From positions 544,001 through 608,000 of the forward strand of contig OY782041.1 of NCBI GenBank assembly GCA_963677595.1: DNA of 64,000 nt, given 5' to 3'. Positions within the stretch are counted from its first letter, which is position 1. Each line of letters opens with the position of its first letter. The notes below the pieces were generated by a model. It saw only the letters and a list, made by a program, of their open reading frames with translations, made no database searches and was not told the origin of the DNA. Both the position numbers and the translations under genes were made by a program. Shown here piece after piece: positions 27,357 to 37,300 of this stretch. Source of the stretch: Spirochaetia bacterium (GTDB taxonomy: Bacteria; Spirochaetota; Spirochaetia; CAKZLE01).

Positions 27357-28035
27357 TGGAAAAATATATTATACTGTCTGAAACCAGGGATCGGAGGTGA
27401 CCGTATGTCCAGATTCTTCAAGAAGCGGGATGCAGTACTCGGCAAGCGCCCGGGAGAACTCGTCTATATAGGCAAGCACGGTACGAATGTACTCCGTGCC
27501 GATACGATCAGCTATACCCATGCAGGGCTTGCGGAACAGGAGGGGCTCCCCGCTGACAGGGTCCCGAGGTCGGCACCGGACGGGAACCTGTGGGTCAATG
27601 TCGAGGGTATCTCCGATGTCCCAGCCATGGAACAGCTGGAATCCCTCTGGGACCTCGATCCTCTGGTCGCGGCCAGTATCATGCATACCGGGACGAGGCC
27701 GATGATCATGAGGACCGGGGACGGGATCTTCTTCCTCATGAAGATGCTCTGCTACGACGAGGACCACGGGAGGATCACCTCCGAGCAGCTGAGCATGCTC
27801 ATCACCGATTCCAGGCTGATCACCTTCCAGGAAGCTGCCGGGGATGTCTTCGATGCTGTCAGGGCAAGGCTCGGGGATGTGAACTCACGCCTCAGGCACA
27901 GCGGCGTTGACTACCTCGCCTTCTCCCTCATGGATTCCATCGTGGACAACTATATGCTCATCATCCAGAACATAGCGGAAGCGGTAGAGAACATCGAGGA
28001 GAAGATGCTCGAGAGACCCGACGAGACGGTCATCC
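27329..28035. repeat. 707-bp direct repeat, left copy (target duplication)
   Basis: Matches 30194-30900; both copies abut the IS termini. Confidence 0.95.
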
Positions 28036-28094
28036 CCGGTCTTTTTACCAGAATTAGCGAGTATGCCCATTTTCCCCATTTCAGCCCTGTCTAG
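27405..28094 (+). pseudogene. corA: Truncated duplicate of the corA 5' part, fused to the IS end
   Basis: First ~211 aa identical to the ORF at 30270; then reads into the IS. Confidence 0.92.
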
Positions 28095-30193
28095 GGCTAT
28101 TTTTTTGGCCATTACGAATTTTTAAAGAAATATTACTGTGCTACGTTGTACCACGTTGCGCCACGCTACCAAATGTGTTACACTATATTACACAGGAGGT
28201 AGCCCATGCATGTCTCCGTTATCCCAGAACACGCAACCGGCAAGCATCTGATGCAGTACGTCACAAGTACCCGCAAAGGGAAAAAGACTAAGAAAACCAC
28301 GGAGGAAACCATCGGCTATGTCGAGGACTTCCTTGATCGCTATGATGACCCGGTCGCTCACTTCAAAGCAGAGGCCAAGCGGATCACAGCAGAGCGGAAA
28401 GCTCAGCAGAAGACTATAGGGGTTGAACTCCAACCCGATGCACGGCTTCCCTTCGATCCGGATACCCACAGCTTCTCCCGTGAATTCAACATCGGCCATG
28501 CGGCGATCAGTCAGGTATTCCACACCCTTGACCTCCACACCTTCTTTGATCGGCGCCGGATAAAGCTTGATGTGCAGTTCAATCTGACCGCTGTCATGAA
28601 ACTCCTCATCTATGAGCGTATTCTGGCTCCTGCCTCCAAACGCGCTACCTGGAAGTCTCGAAGGCGATACTTTGACAAGATGGACTTCAATCTCAATGCG
28701 GTATACCAGACCCTTTCTCACATCAACCCCTGGACTGATGACCTGATCGCTCACCTGCATGCGAAGATGGTAGAACTCTATGACCGGGATACCACCCTCA
28801 TGTACTATGATGTGACCAACTACTACTTTGAGATCGACGAAGCTGATGATTTTCGCATAAGGGGAATCTGCAAGGAGCACCGTCCGTTACCGATCGTGCA
28901 GATGGGGCTGTTCATGGATGAACAGGGCTTCCCGGTGTCCTTTGACTTGTTTCCCGGTAATGTCAATGACTGCCTGACCTTTGAAGCAATGAGCGAGCAT
29001 GCCAGAACCCTGTTTGAGGCCAAGCATCTGATCTTCGTAGCTGACAAGGCCATGCTCACGGGGAACAACATCGCAGATGTGATCCTCCATCATAACGGGT
29101 ATGTCTTCAGCAAGTCGGTACGGGGCGGGACGAAAAAACTCAAGCAGGCGGTCAGGGATCCTCATGGCTATCTGCGGTTTGCGGAAGACGGGAAGCTCAT
29201 TGCGCCTGGTGACAACGAGACGGCAGTCTGGTCCAAGTACAAGATCCTTGATGAGCAGAAACCCACCTATGTGACGAACACGGACGGCAAGCGGGTAGCC
29301 TCCTCAGGTGTTGGCCACTACCAGATCATCTATTGGTCACGTGCGTATGACAAACGAGCCAAAGCGCAGCGGCTGGAAGCGGTAGAGCATGCGCTTGATG
29401 CATCATCACGGCAGAGTAAGGAAGTCATCGACAGTAACTACGGGAAGAACAAGTATCTGATGACCATGGTCTATGATCCCCAGACCAAGAAGTATACCGA
29501 CAACTATAAGGCCAAGACGGAGTTTGATGCTGCCAAGCTTGAAGAAGATGAGTCGTTTGACGGATTCTATGTCATTGAGACCAATGTGACGGGGCTCAGA
29601 CCGTTTGTCGATGCCAGGGGACATGAGACCGGTGAACTCGAGCCTGCGTTTGCCACACCTCACCGCTGGCTCAAAGAAGAGGGCATGCTGCAGCTCAACC
29701 GGCCGATTGGCCCTCTGGATATTATTACGATGTACCATGGGCTGTGGAAGATCGAACAGTCCTTCAGGGTCACCAAGAGTGAGTTGGATGCCCGTCCGGT
29801 CTTTCTGTCTTTAGAGGATCGAATTCATTCCCACTTCCTTACCTGCTTCATCGCTCTGCTCATCCTGCGTATCCTGGAGCATGAACTCGATCATGAATTC
29901 TCAACAGAGCAGATAGGGACTTCCCTGAATCAGGCGAATGTCGCAGAGATCACTGGGGCAACGTACATGACTTTGCAGTACGATGAAGTCCAAAAGGCTT
30001 TGAAGGAAAAGATGGGAATCCCGTTCGGCATGAATGTATACTCGAGAGCTGCGATCAAGAAGATGATCGCTGAGACGAAAAAAAACCGGAAACGGTAGGG
30101 ACGTACTACAAGTTTTTTTAGCCAGGTGCTGACCTATTGTGTTGTATTGCAATAGGTTAGCGCCGTCATTTCCTAAATTGGTAAAAACACAGG
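28036..30193 (+). mobile_element. IS1634-family insertion sequence, copy 1 (2,158 bp)
   Basis: Imperfect IR CCGGTCTTTTTACCA / CCTGTGTTTTTACCA (13/15); near-identical copy at 45133-47290. Confidence 0.95.
28206..30098 (+). CDS. IS1634-family DDE transposase
   Basis: YYDVTNYYFE, G..KEHR, FVADKA, YHGLWKIEQSFRVTKS. Confidence 0.95.
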   Translation: MHVSVIPEHATGKHLMQYVTSTRKGKKTKKTTEETIGYVEDFLDRYDDPVAHFKAEAKRITAERKAQQKTIGVELQPDARLPFDPDTHSFSREFNIGHAAISQVFHTLDLHTFFDRRRIKLDVQFNLTAVMKLLIYERILAPASKRATWKSRRRYFDKMDFNLNAVYQTLSHINPWTDDLIAHLHAKMVELYDRDTTLMYYDVTNYYFEIDEADDFRIRGICKEHRPLPIVQMGLFMDEQGFPVSFDLFPGNVNDCLTFEAMSEHARTLFEAKHLIFVADKAMLTGNNIADVILHHNGYVFSKSVRGGTKKLKQAVRDPHGYLRFAEDGKLIAPGDNETAVWSKYKILDEQKPTYVTNTDGKRVASSGVGHYQIIYWSRAYDKRAKAQRLEAVEHALDASSRQSKEVIDSNYGKNKYLMTMVYDPQTKKYTDNYKAKTEFDAAKLEEDESFDGFYVIETNVTGLRPFVDARGHETGELEPAFATPHRWLKEEGMLQLNRPIGPLDIITMYHGLWKIEQSFRVTKSELDARPVFLSLEDRIHSHFLTCFIALLILRILEHELDHEFSTEQIGTSLNQANVAEITGATYMTLQYDEVQKALKEKMGIPFGMNVYSRAAIKKMIAETKKNRKR

Positions 30194-30900
30194 GTATACC
30201 TGTTGAGAAGATTTCTTTCCATGGAAAAATATATTATACTGTCTGAAACCAGGGATCGGAGGTGACCGTATGTCCAGATTCTTCAAGAAGCGGGATGCAG
30301 TACTCGGCAAGCGCCCGGGAGAACTCGTCTATATAGGCAAGCACGGTACGAATGTACTCCGTGCCGATACGATCAGCTATACCCATGCAGGGCTTGCGGA
30401 ACAGGAGGGGCTCCCCGCTGACAGGGTCCCGAGGTCGGCACCGGACGGGAACCTGTGGGTCAATGTCGAGGGTATCTCCGATGTCCCAGCCATGGAACAG
30501 CTGGAATCCCTCTGGGACCTCGATCCTCTGGTCGCGGCCAGTATCATGCATACCGGGACGAGGCCGATGATCATGAGGACCGGGGACGGGATCTTCTTCC
30601 TCATGAAGATGCTCTGCTACGACGAGGACCACGGGAGGATCACCTCCGAGCAGCTGAGCATGCTCATCACCGATTCCAGGCTGATCACCTTCCAGGAAGC
30701 TGCCGGGGATGTCTTCGATGCTGTCAGGGCAAGGCTCGGGGATGTGAACTCACGCCTCAGGCACAGCGGCGTTGACTACCTCGCCTTCTCCCTCATGGAT
30801 TCCATCGTGGACAACTATATGCTCATCATCCAGAACATAGCGGAAGCGGTAGAGAACATCGAGGAGAAGATGCTCGAGAGACCCGACGAGACGGTCATCC
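30194..30900. repeat. 707-bp direct repeat, right copy
   Basis: Matches 27329-28035. Confidence 0.95.
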
Positions 30901-31328
30901 CCGATATCGTCTTCCACAAGAAGGAGCTGCTCTACCTGAGGAAGACGATCCTCCCCTTCCGGGACGCCCTGCGCCAGTTCCTCAGCGACCTGCCGCCGCT
31001 CTTTGCCGATTCCGAGCGGTTCCTCCAGGACCTCCTCTCCAACCTGCTCCATATCGTGGACACGATCGAGGTCTACCGGGAGATCACCTCAGGGCTGCAG
31101 AACACCTATGACTCCTTCATGAACAACCGGCTCAATGACATCATGCGGTTCCTCACCATCTTCTCAGTCATCTTCCTGCCGCTGACGCTGATCACCGGGA
31201 TCTACGGGACGAACTTCGACTACATCCCGGAGCTGCACTTCGCCTATGGGTATCTGTTCCTCTGGGGGACGCTGGTCATCTCCACCGTGGTCATGATCAT
31301 CATCTTCAAGAAGAAGAAATGGCTCTGA
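30270..31328 (+). CDS. corA: Magnesium/cobalt transporter CorA
   Basis: Two C-terminal TM helices with YGTNF (variant of GMN). Confidence 0.9.
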   Translation: MSRFFKKRDAVLGKRPGELVYIGKHGTNVLRADTISYTHAGLAEQEGLPADRVPRSAPDGNLWVNVEGISDVPAMEQLESLWDLDPLVAASIMHTGTRPMIMRTGDGIFFLMKMLCYDEDHGRITSEQLSMLITDSRLITFQEAAGDVFDAVRARLGDVNSRLRHSGVDYLAFSLMDSIVDNYMLIIQNIAEAVENIEEKMLERPDETVIPDIVFHKKELLYLRKTILPFRDALRQFLSDLPPLFADSERFLQDLLSNLLHIVDTIEVYREITSGLQNTYDSFMNNRLNDIMRFLTIFSVIFLPLTLITGIYGTNFDYIPELHFAYGYLFLWGTLVISTVVMIIIFKKKKWL

Positions 31329-31406
31329 GACCTTTTGGCAGAACGATCGATCCATGATAGAATAAACTCTATACAAATAGACAAAGACGATAAGGAGACT
31401 TGCCTC

Positions 31407-32615
31407 ATGATAGGAGTTGAAGAGTATACCGGGAGGATAGACCGGGTCAGGACCCGCTGCAGGGAGGAGGGCCTCGATGCGTTCCTGGCAACCTCGGGAG
31501 ACAACCTCTATTACCTGACAGGTAAGTCCTTCATGCCGTTCGAGCGGCCCTTCATCCTGATCATCAGGGCTGAGGGTGAACCGACGTTCATCGTCCCGCA
31601 GCTCGAGGTGGACCATCTCCGGGTGATCAGCCATATAACGGATTTCGTGACCTACTATGAGTACCCTGCCGAGCAGGAGAAGAGCTGGCACACGATCCTC
31701 TCACAGCAGACTGCAGGCATGAAGAGGATCGGGACCGACCTCTATACCCGGTCGGAGATCTTCAGCCTCCTGGGAAAGGAAGCTGAGGTGGAGTGCTTTG
31801 ACTGGGTCTACAGCCAGAGGTTCACCAAGTCGCCGGCGGAGATCGATATGCTCAGGGAGACAGCCCGGTATGTGAGGGCCTCCATGGGTGATTTCATGGG
31901 GAAGGTACGTAAGGGGTCCATGGTCCTCGACACGCTGGAACCAGCCAAGCAGGCACAGAAGAAGGCCATGATGGACCGGGGATTCGATATCGACTTCCTC
32001 GCGTTCAACTTCCTGAGTGCAGGCTGGCCTGATGCCGCAGGGGCGGAACCACACAGCATCCCGAACCCGGCCCACCAGTTCACCGGGGGGCCGAACATGA
32101 TGGTCATGTCCTACCGGGTGGACGGCTATGCCATCGAACTCGAGCGTACCTTCTTCACGGGAGAACCGGATGATACCATGAGGGAGCGGTTCGCCCACAT
32201 GCTCGAGGCACGGGAGATCGCCTTCTCCATGCTCAAGCCCGGGGTCGCCTGCCATGATGTGGATGCGGCAGTGAGGGAGTTCATCATATCGAAGGGGTAC
32301 GCTGAGAACCTCATCCACCGCACCGGCCATGGGATGGGGGTATCGAACCATGAGGGACCCTTCCTCGCCATGGGGTCACAGACCATCCTCGAACCGGGGA
32401 TGGTGCTCACCGTGGAGCCAGGGATCTATTTCACCGGACACGGAGCATACCGCCATTCCGATACGGTCGTGATCACAGCGACAGGCTATGAGTGCCTGAC
32501 CGAGTTCCCGACCGATATCGGGAGCCTGACCCATACAAAACGGGCAGGATTGTCCACGGTCCTCAAACGCATGATCCTCTCGAGGATGCTGGAGAAAGGC
32601 CGGAGGGAAGCGTAG
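31407..32615 (+). CDS. Xaa-Pro peptidase family M24 (creatinase/prolidase-like)
   Basis: NLYYLTG, HRTGHGMG, HEGP, TVEPGIY. Confidence 0.9.
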   Translation: MIGVEEYTGRIDRVRTRCREEGLDAFLATSGDNLYYLTGKSFMPFERPFILIIRAEGEPTFIVPQLEVDHLRVISHITDFVTYYEYPAEQEKSWHTILSQQTAGMKRIGTDLYTRSEIFSLLGKEAEVECFDWVYSQRFTKSPAEIDMLRETARYVRASMGDFMGKVRKGSMVLDTLEPAKQAQKKAMMDRGFDIDFLAFNFLSAGWPDAAGAEPHSIPNPAHQFTGGPNMMVMSYRVDGYAIELERTFFTGEPDDTMRERFAHMLEAREIAFSMLKPGVACHDVDAAVREFIISKGYAENLIHRTGHGMGVSNHEGPFLAMGSQTILEPGMVLTVEPGIYFTGHGAYRHSDTVVITATGYECLTEFPTDIGSLTHTKRAGLSTVLKRMILSRMLEKGRREA

Positions 32616-33050
32616 CTACGCCAGGACCTGCTGGGCGACTTTGAGCGTGTACAGGTCCGGGATCGAGCCGCTCACCCGGCTATCACCATCAAGGAGGTCG
32701 AGCCGGAAGGCCATCTCGCCCTCCTCATGGAACAGGAAGGGGTTCATCGCCATGATGATGTTGAGCTTCTTTGCCCCAGGCCTCCTGTTCAAGTCGGCCG
32801 TCGCAATCACATTGACCGGTCCCCCATCGGTGCGGGAGGAGAGCCTGGCACGACAGAAGGAGGCAGCATCCTCCCCTTCTTCAAGCACGATCCGGATGAA
32901 GAAGGCGAGGTTCTTGGCCCTGGGCCAGGAGTCCTTCTTTGCCGGGGGGACATGGAAGATTATCGCATCATCATAGATCCCCATCAGGGAGTGCTTATTC
33001 CCGACCTCCCTCCTGATATCCTCACAGATGATGCATGCTTTCAGTCTCAT
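32616..33050 (-). CDS. DUF6941-like protein, third gene of the TA operon
   Basis: IICEDIRREVGNKHSLMGIY. Confidence 0.65.
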   Translation of the reverse strand: MRLKACIICEDIRREVGNKHSLMGIYDDAIIFHVPPAKKDSWPRAKNLAFFIRIVLEEGEDAASFCRARLSSRTDGGPVNVIATADLNRRPGAKKLNIIMAMNPFLFHEEGEMAFRLDLLDGDSRVSGSIPDLYTLKVAQQVLA

Positions 33051-33057
33051 ACGTTCT

Positions 33058-33675
33058 TCACTCCTTGGGGCAGCTGTCGCCGGGTTCGGCGGTAGCGGTA
33101 TCGAAGTCACAGCAGCCCTCCTCCAGCTGTAACGCCGGGGCGGCCGTGCAGTAGACGGTATCATCGCAGGGTGCACTCTCCGGGCTGACCGTCTGTACCG
33201 GGTTCGGGAAGGACATCCCGTCGATCAGCTTCCCGGTGATCAGCTTCAGGAAGTACTTCTGGGAGAAATCATAATCATACTTCTCCTCTGCAATATCCAG
33301 CAGCCAGGGAAAGGTCCTGAGCATGTTGAAGAGGGTATACGCCGCAGCACTGGGTCTTGAGTTCCCCGTCTTCCACTTCGATATCGTCCGCTGGGGCAAG
33401 TCGAGGACCCGCTCCATGGAAGCGAAGCTGTATCTGTTCTCAAGGAAGTACTCGAGGATGTTCTCCATGGCTTCCTTCTTCAGATCAGCCTCTGCAGCCT
33501 GCAGCAGGGCATCCGGGTCTCCCTCGGCATACACCTCATATTCACAGCTCCCGCACGTACGTGTGCTGTAGTCGACCGTCCTGGAACTCCCCGAATAGGG
33601 TTCGGTGACCACAAGGGAATCATTCCTGATGACTACCGAGGCCTCCCCGCACAGGGGGCAAACGTTTCGGCTCAT
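33058..33675 (-). CDS. MqsA-like antitoxin (zinc finger + HTH) with C-terminal extension
   Basis: CPLCG...CGSC; LDLPQRTISKWKTG. Confidence 0.75.
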   Translation of the reverse strand: MSRNVCPLCGEASVVIRNDSLVVTEPYSGSSRTVDYSTRTCGSCEYEVYAEGDPDALLQAAEADLKKEAMENILEYFLENRYSFASMERVLDLPQRTISKWKTGNSRPSAAAYTLFNMLRTFPWLLDIAEEKYDYDFSQKYFLKLITGKLIDGMSFPNPVQTVSPESAPCDDTVYCTAAPALQLEEGCCDFDTATAEPGDSCPKE

Positions 33676-34055
33676 GTTATACCTCCGTTATACAGGCAGC
33701 CGTCCACAGCGAGGGAACAGGTCGATCGCTTGAAGGACTTCAGGTACCATCTCCCGCTCACCGGGTTGTTGAGGAAGGCGATGTACCCGGTCTTCCTGCC
33801 CGACGTGAACAGGTAGGAATCCACCCAGACGGGATGCTCCCGGTCTGGGATGATATGCCCTACATGATTCCTCAAGACCTCCGACCGATCGAACCTGAGG
33901 TTCTCCAGTCCGCCGTTCCCGATGAAATCGAGCAGCCGCCCCGTCCCCCGTATGTTGAAATCGGCATAGGCATCCCTCACAGCTGCCGGCCTGACATCGA
34001 TGTTCGTATGGGTCCGGCAGGAACAAAAGAACGCCTCGGCTGTATATACTACCAT
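33672..34055 (-). CDS. Putative MqsR/RelE-fold toxin
   Basis: 127 aa, overlaps the antitoxin start; C-terminal LKSFK. Confidence 0.5.
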   Translation of the reverse strand: MVVYTAEAFFCSCRTHTNIDVRPAAVRDAYADFNIRGTGRLLDFIGNGGLENLRFDRSEVLRNHVGHIIPDREHPVWVDSYLFTSGRKTGYIAFLNNPVSGRWYLKSFKRSTCSLAVDGCLYNGGIT

Positions 34056-34065
34056 GCCTGTACTA

Positions 34066-34096
34066 CCAGATTATACGTTACGTATACGTTTGTCAA
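34066..34096 (-). promoter_or_regulatory. TA promoter with palindromic operator
   Basis: TTGACA...TATAAT with TATACGT-T-ACGTATA IR (34072-34086). Confidence 0.6.
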
Positions 34097-34338
34097 TGTT
34101 TCGTATCTTTTTTCCATACCCACCATAGAATTTCTCCTCCTTCACAAGGATATTCACCAGGACACCCGAGAACCAGGCTCCTGCATGGTATCTCACTGAA
34201 CAGATTCCCGCTATTTCCTAGTTTCATGACGGGCTTCCCATTTCAGGGTACCCCCCCCCTACCGCCTGGGATCAGCCATTAACCTTTTACCGGTATGCAC
34301 TCACTGTGTTACAATGGTAGGAAAGGAGATGGCGAGCC

Positions 34339-37300
34339 ATGGCGATAGAATTCGATATGACACTCTTCCTACTCAGGAACCTGGGAATCGTCCTCGCTTC
34401 CATCGGCGCCGTGCTCCTGACGGCCTGGCTGGTCAAGGGGAGACCGAAGCAGCTCAGCATCAGGCATTCCCTCATAACCATCGGGTTCGTCTACGCGGGG
34501 ATGCTCCTCTCGATCACCTTCTTCGTGATACTCCTGCACCATACTTTCGAGCAAGAGGATGAGATCGCTGACCACAACCTGGAATCTGTCTATCTCGCCT
34601 TCGAGCTGAAGCGCTCATCAGACGATCTCACCCGTTTCGCACGCTCCTATGCGGTGACGGGCGATCCCGATTACGAGGAGTATTTCTACCGAAGCGTTGC
34701 TGTCCGGGACGGGGTCATCCCCCACCCTGCGACCATCACCCCCTTCTACTGGGACTACGAAGCTGCAGGAGAGATGGGGATCGACACGAATGGTGAGTCC
34801 TACAGCATCGAGGAACGGATCCTGGCACTGGAGCTCACCGCAAAGGAAGAGGAGAAGCTCCTGGGGGCAAAGAAGGAGTCGGATGACCTGATCAGCCTCG
34901 AGCAGCGGGCCTTCAATGCCATGAAAGGCATATTCCCCGATGAGGCAGGTGCTTATACGGTCGAAGGGGCCCCTGACATGCCCCTGGCACAGCAGCTGCT
35001 CTACGGGGAGGAATACCTCCAGTCGAAAGCGGCGATCATGAAGCTGCTCGAACAGTTCTTCTCGCTGCACCAGGTGAGGATGTCCAGTGAGAAGCTGCTG
35101 CTGTACACCAAAGTCAATGCGCTCATGGTTACCATCACCCTGCTGGTCACCATGATGATCGGGTTCTCGGTCTATGTCTTCTTCCTCCTGAGGAGTCGCA
35201 TCATACAGCCGTTCAATGCCTTCGAACAGGGGGCGGAAGCCTTCAGGAAGGGGGATTTCCAGCACCAGATCGAGGTCGGTTCAGACGATGAGATCGGCTC
35301 CCTCGCCGCACTCCTCAACACGACCGCACGGAGCGTCGGGGAGAGGACCTCCCAGCTCCATGCCACCATCGAGTCGACCACTGACGGTATCCTGGTACTC
35401 GACCTGAACCAGAAGATAACCTCGTACAACGCTCGGTTCCTCAGGATCTGGAAGATAACCCGGGAGATGATCGAGACGGAGGATGACCAGACCATGTGGG
35501 AGGTCTTCCTCTCCCAGCTGCAGGACCCTGAGGGGTTCATGAGGAACTTCGAGCATATAACGGCACATCCCGAGATAGAGGACTTCTCCACCCTCCTCCT
35601 GCAGGATGGACGGATCATTGAACGCTATTCCAGGCCCCAGCGCCTGGAAGACCAGATCATCGGCAGGGTATGGAGTTTCCGGGATGTCACGGAACGCTAC
35701 CAGACAGAGGCTGAGATGAGAAAACTCTCCCAGGCTGTAGAAGCCAATCCCGCCTCTGTCGTGATCACCGATACGGCCGGGACCATCGAGTACGTCAACC
35801 CGAAGTTCAGCGAGATGACGGGCTACGCTCCCGAAGAGGCCATCGGCAGGAAGCCGAACCTGCTCAAGTCTGGTACCCATGCCCCTGAGTTCTACCAGGG
35901 ACTGTGGGACACGATCTCTTCCGGGAGGGTCTGGCACGGTGAGCTCTGCAACAGGAGGAGGGACGGCTCGCTCTACTGGGAATCGGCATCGATCGCACCG
36001 GTACAGGACGAGCAGGGACGGATCACCAACTATGTCGCGGTCAAGGAGGACATCACCGAGCGCAAGGAGCTGGAGACGACGCTCAGGACACATGATGAAC
36101 GGCTGAAGGAAGCGGCCAAGATAGCGGATCTCGGTTATTTCGAGGTTGATCTCCATACCCTGAGAGGGACCTTCGATGAGTTCCTGTGGGAGCAGCTGGG
36201 GACCTCGATCGAGGAGGAGGGAACCGATGAGATCAAGGTCAGCACCTACCTGGAACGGTTCTGCCACCCTGATGACCGGGAGACTATCACGCGTGAACTG
36301 CAGCACCTCATGGAGGCTTCGGAGGCCCTCTACACGGAACTCGAATACCGCATCATTAGGACGGACGGGACCCCCCGGAACGTCTATGTGCGATACAGGC
36401 TCCAGCTTGACGGAGAGCATAAGCCGCAGAAGGTATATGGTGTCATCCAGGATATAACAGCAAGGAAGCAGGCGGAGCTGGAGATCCTCAAAACCCGGGA
36501 AGAAGCGAAAAAGAATGAGGAGAAGCTGATCGAGGCTGCCGAGATCTCGAACCTGGGCTACTTCGAGCTTGACCTGCATACCCTCATTTTCACCCTCGAC
36601 AGCCTCCTGTGGAAGCAGTTGGGCACATCTATCGAGGAACAGGGGGGGAACAGCATCGACGCAGCCGAGTACCTGATGACCTACTGCCACCCTGAGGATC
36701 GCAGCAGGATCGAGTGGCACATCCAGCGGTCACTGGCCGCGCATGAAGTGATCGAGGACCAGATGGAGTACCGGGTACTCCTGGGGGACAGTACGATCAG
36801 GAATTTCGATGTCAGGTACCGTGTCCTGGTTGATGCCCAGGGAGTACCCTACAGGTCATACGGCTTCCACCATGATGTGACAGGTCTCAAACAGGCTGAA
36901 CAGGAGATCCTGCTGGCTAAGGAGGCTGCCGAGAAAGCCACTCTCGCGAAGAGCGAGTTCCTCGCCAACATGAGCCATGAGATCAGGACCCCGATGAACG
37001 CGATCATCGGGATGAGCCAGCTCGCACTCAGGACCGAGATGCCCTCCAGGCAGAGAGACTACCTGAAGAAGGTCGAGACCTCCTCGAGGACACTCCTGAA
37101 CATCATCAACGACATCCTCGATTTCTCCAAGATCGAGGCCGGCAGGCTCGATCTGGAATCCATCCCCTTCTCTCTCGATGATGTCCTGACCACCCTCTCC
37201 GACATGATCGCGGTCAGCTGCCAGGCCAAAGGGATCGAGTTCGTCTTCGATACCGATCCCCGGCTCTCCGGGCAGCTGGTCGGGGATCCCCTGAGGATAG

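Noticed and set aside
27329-30900. corA duplication as an assembly artefact or true paralogues
   Set aside because: Repeat ends coincide exactly with the IS termini and the second IS copy shows the same architecture; read confirmation is still advisable.
34251-34259. C9 tract upstream of the kinase as a phase-variation switch
   Set aside because: Not clearly within the promoter spacer or coding sequence; no supporting evidence.
35281-36720. Long antisense ORFs (also 37989-38981, 52812-53840, 57518-58873, 25757-26563)
   Set aside because: Shadow ORFs opposite well-supported genes in GC-rich, codon-biased DNA; no recognisable motifs.
36100-36900. Internal repeat (LGYFExDLHTL...CHP.DR) in the histidine kinase
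   Set aside because: Ordinary tandem PAS domain duplication.
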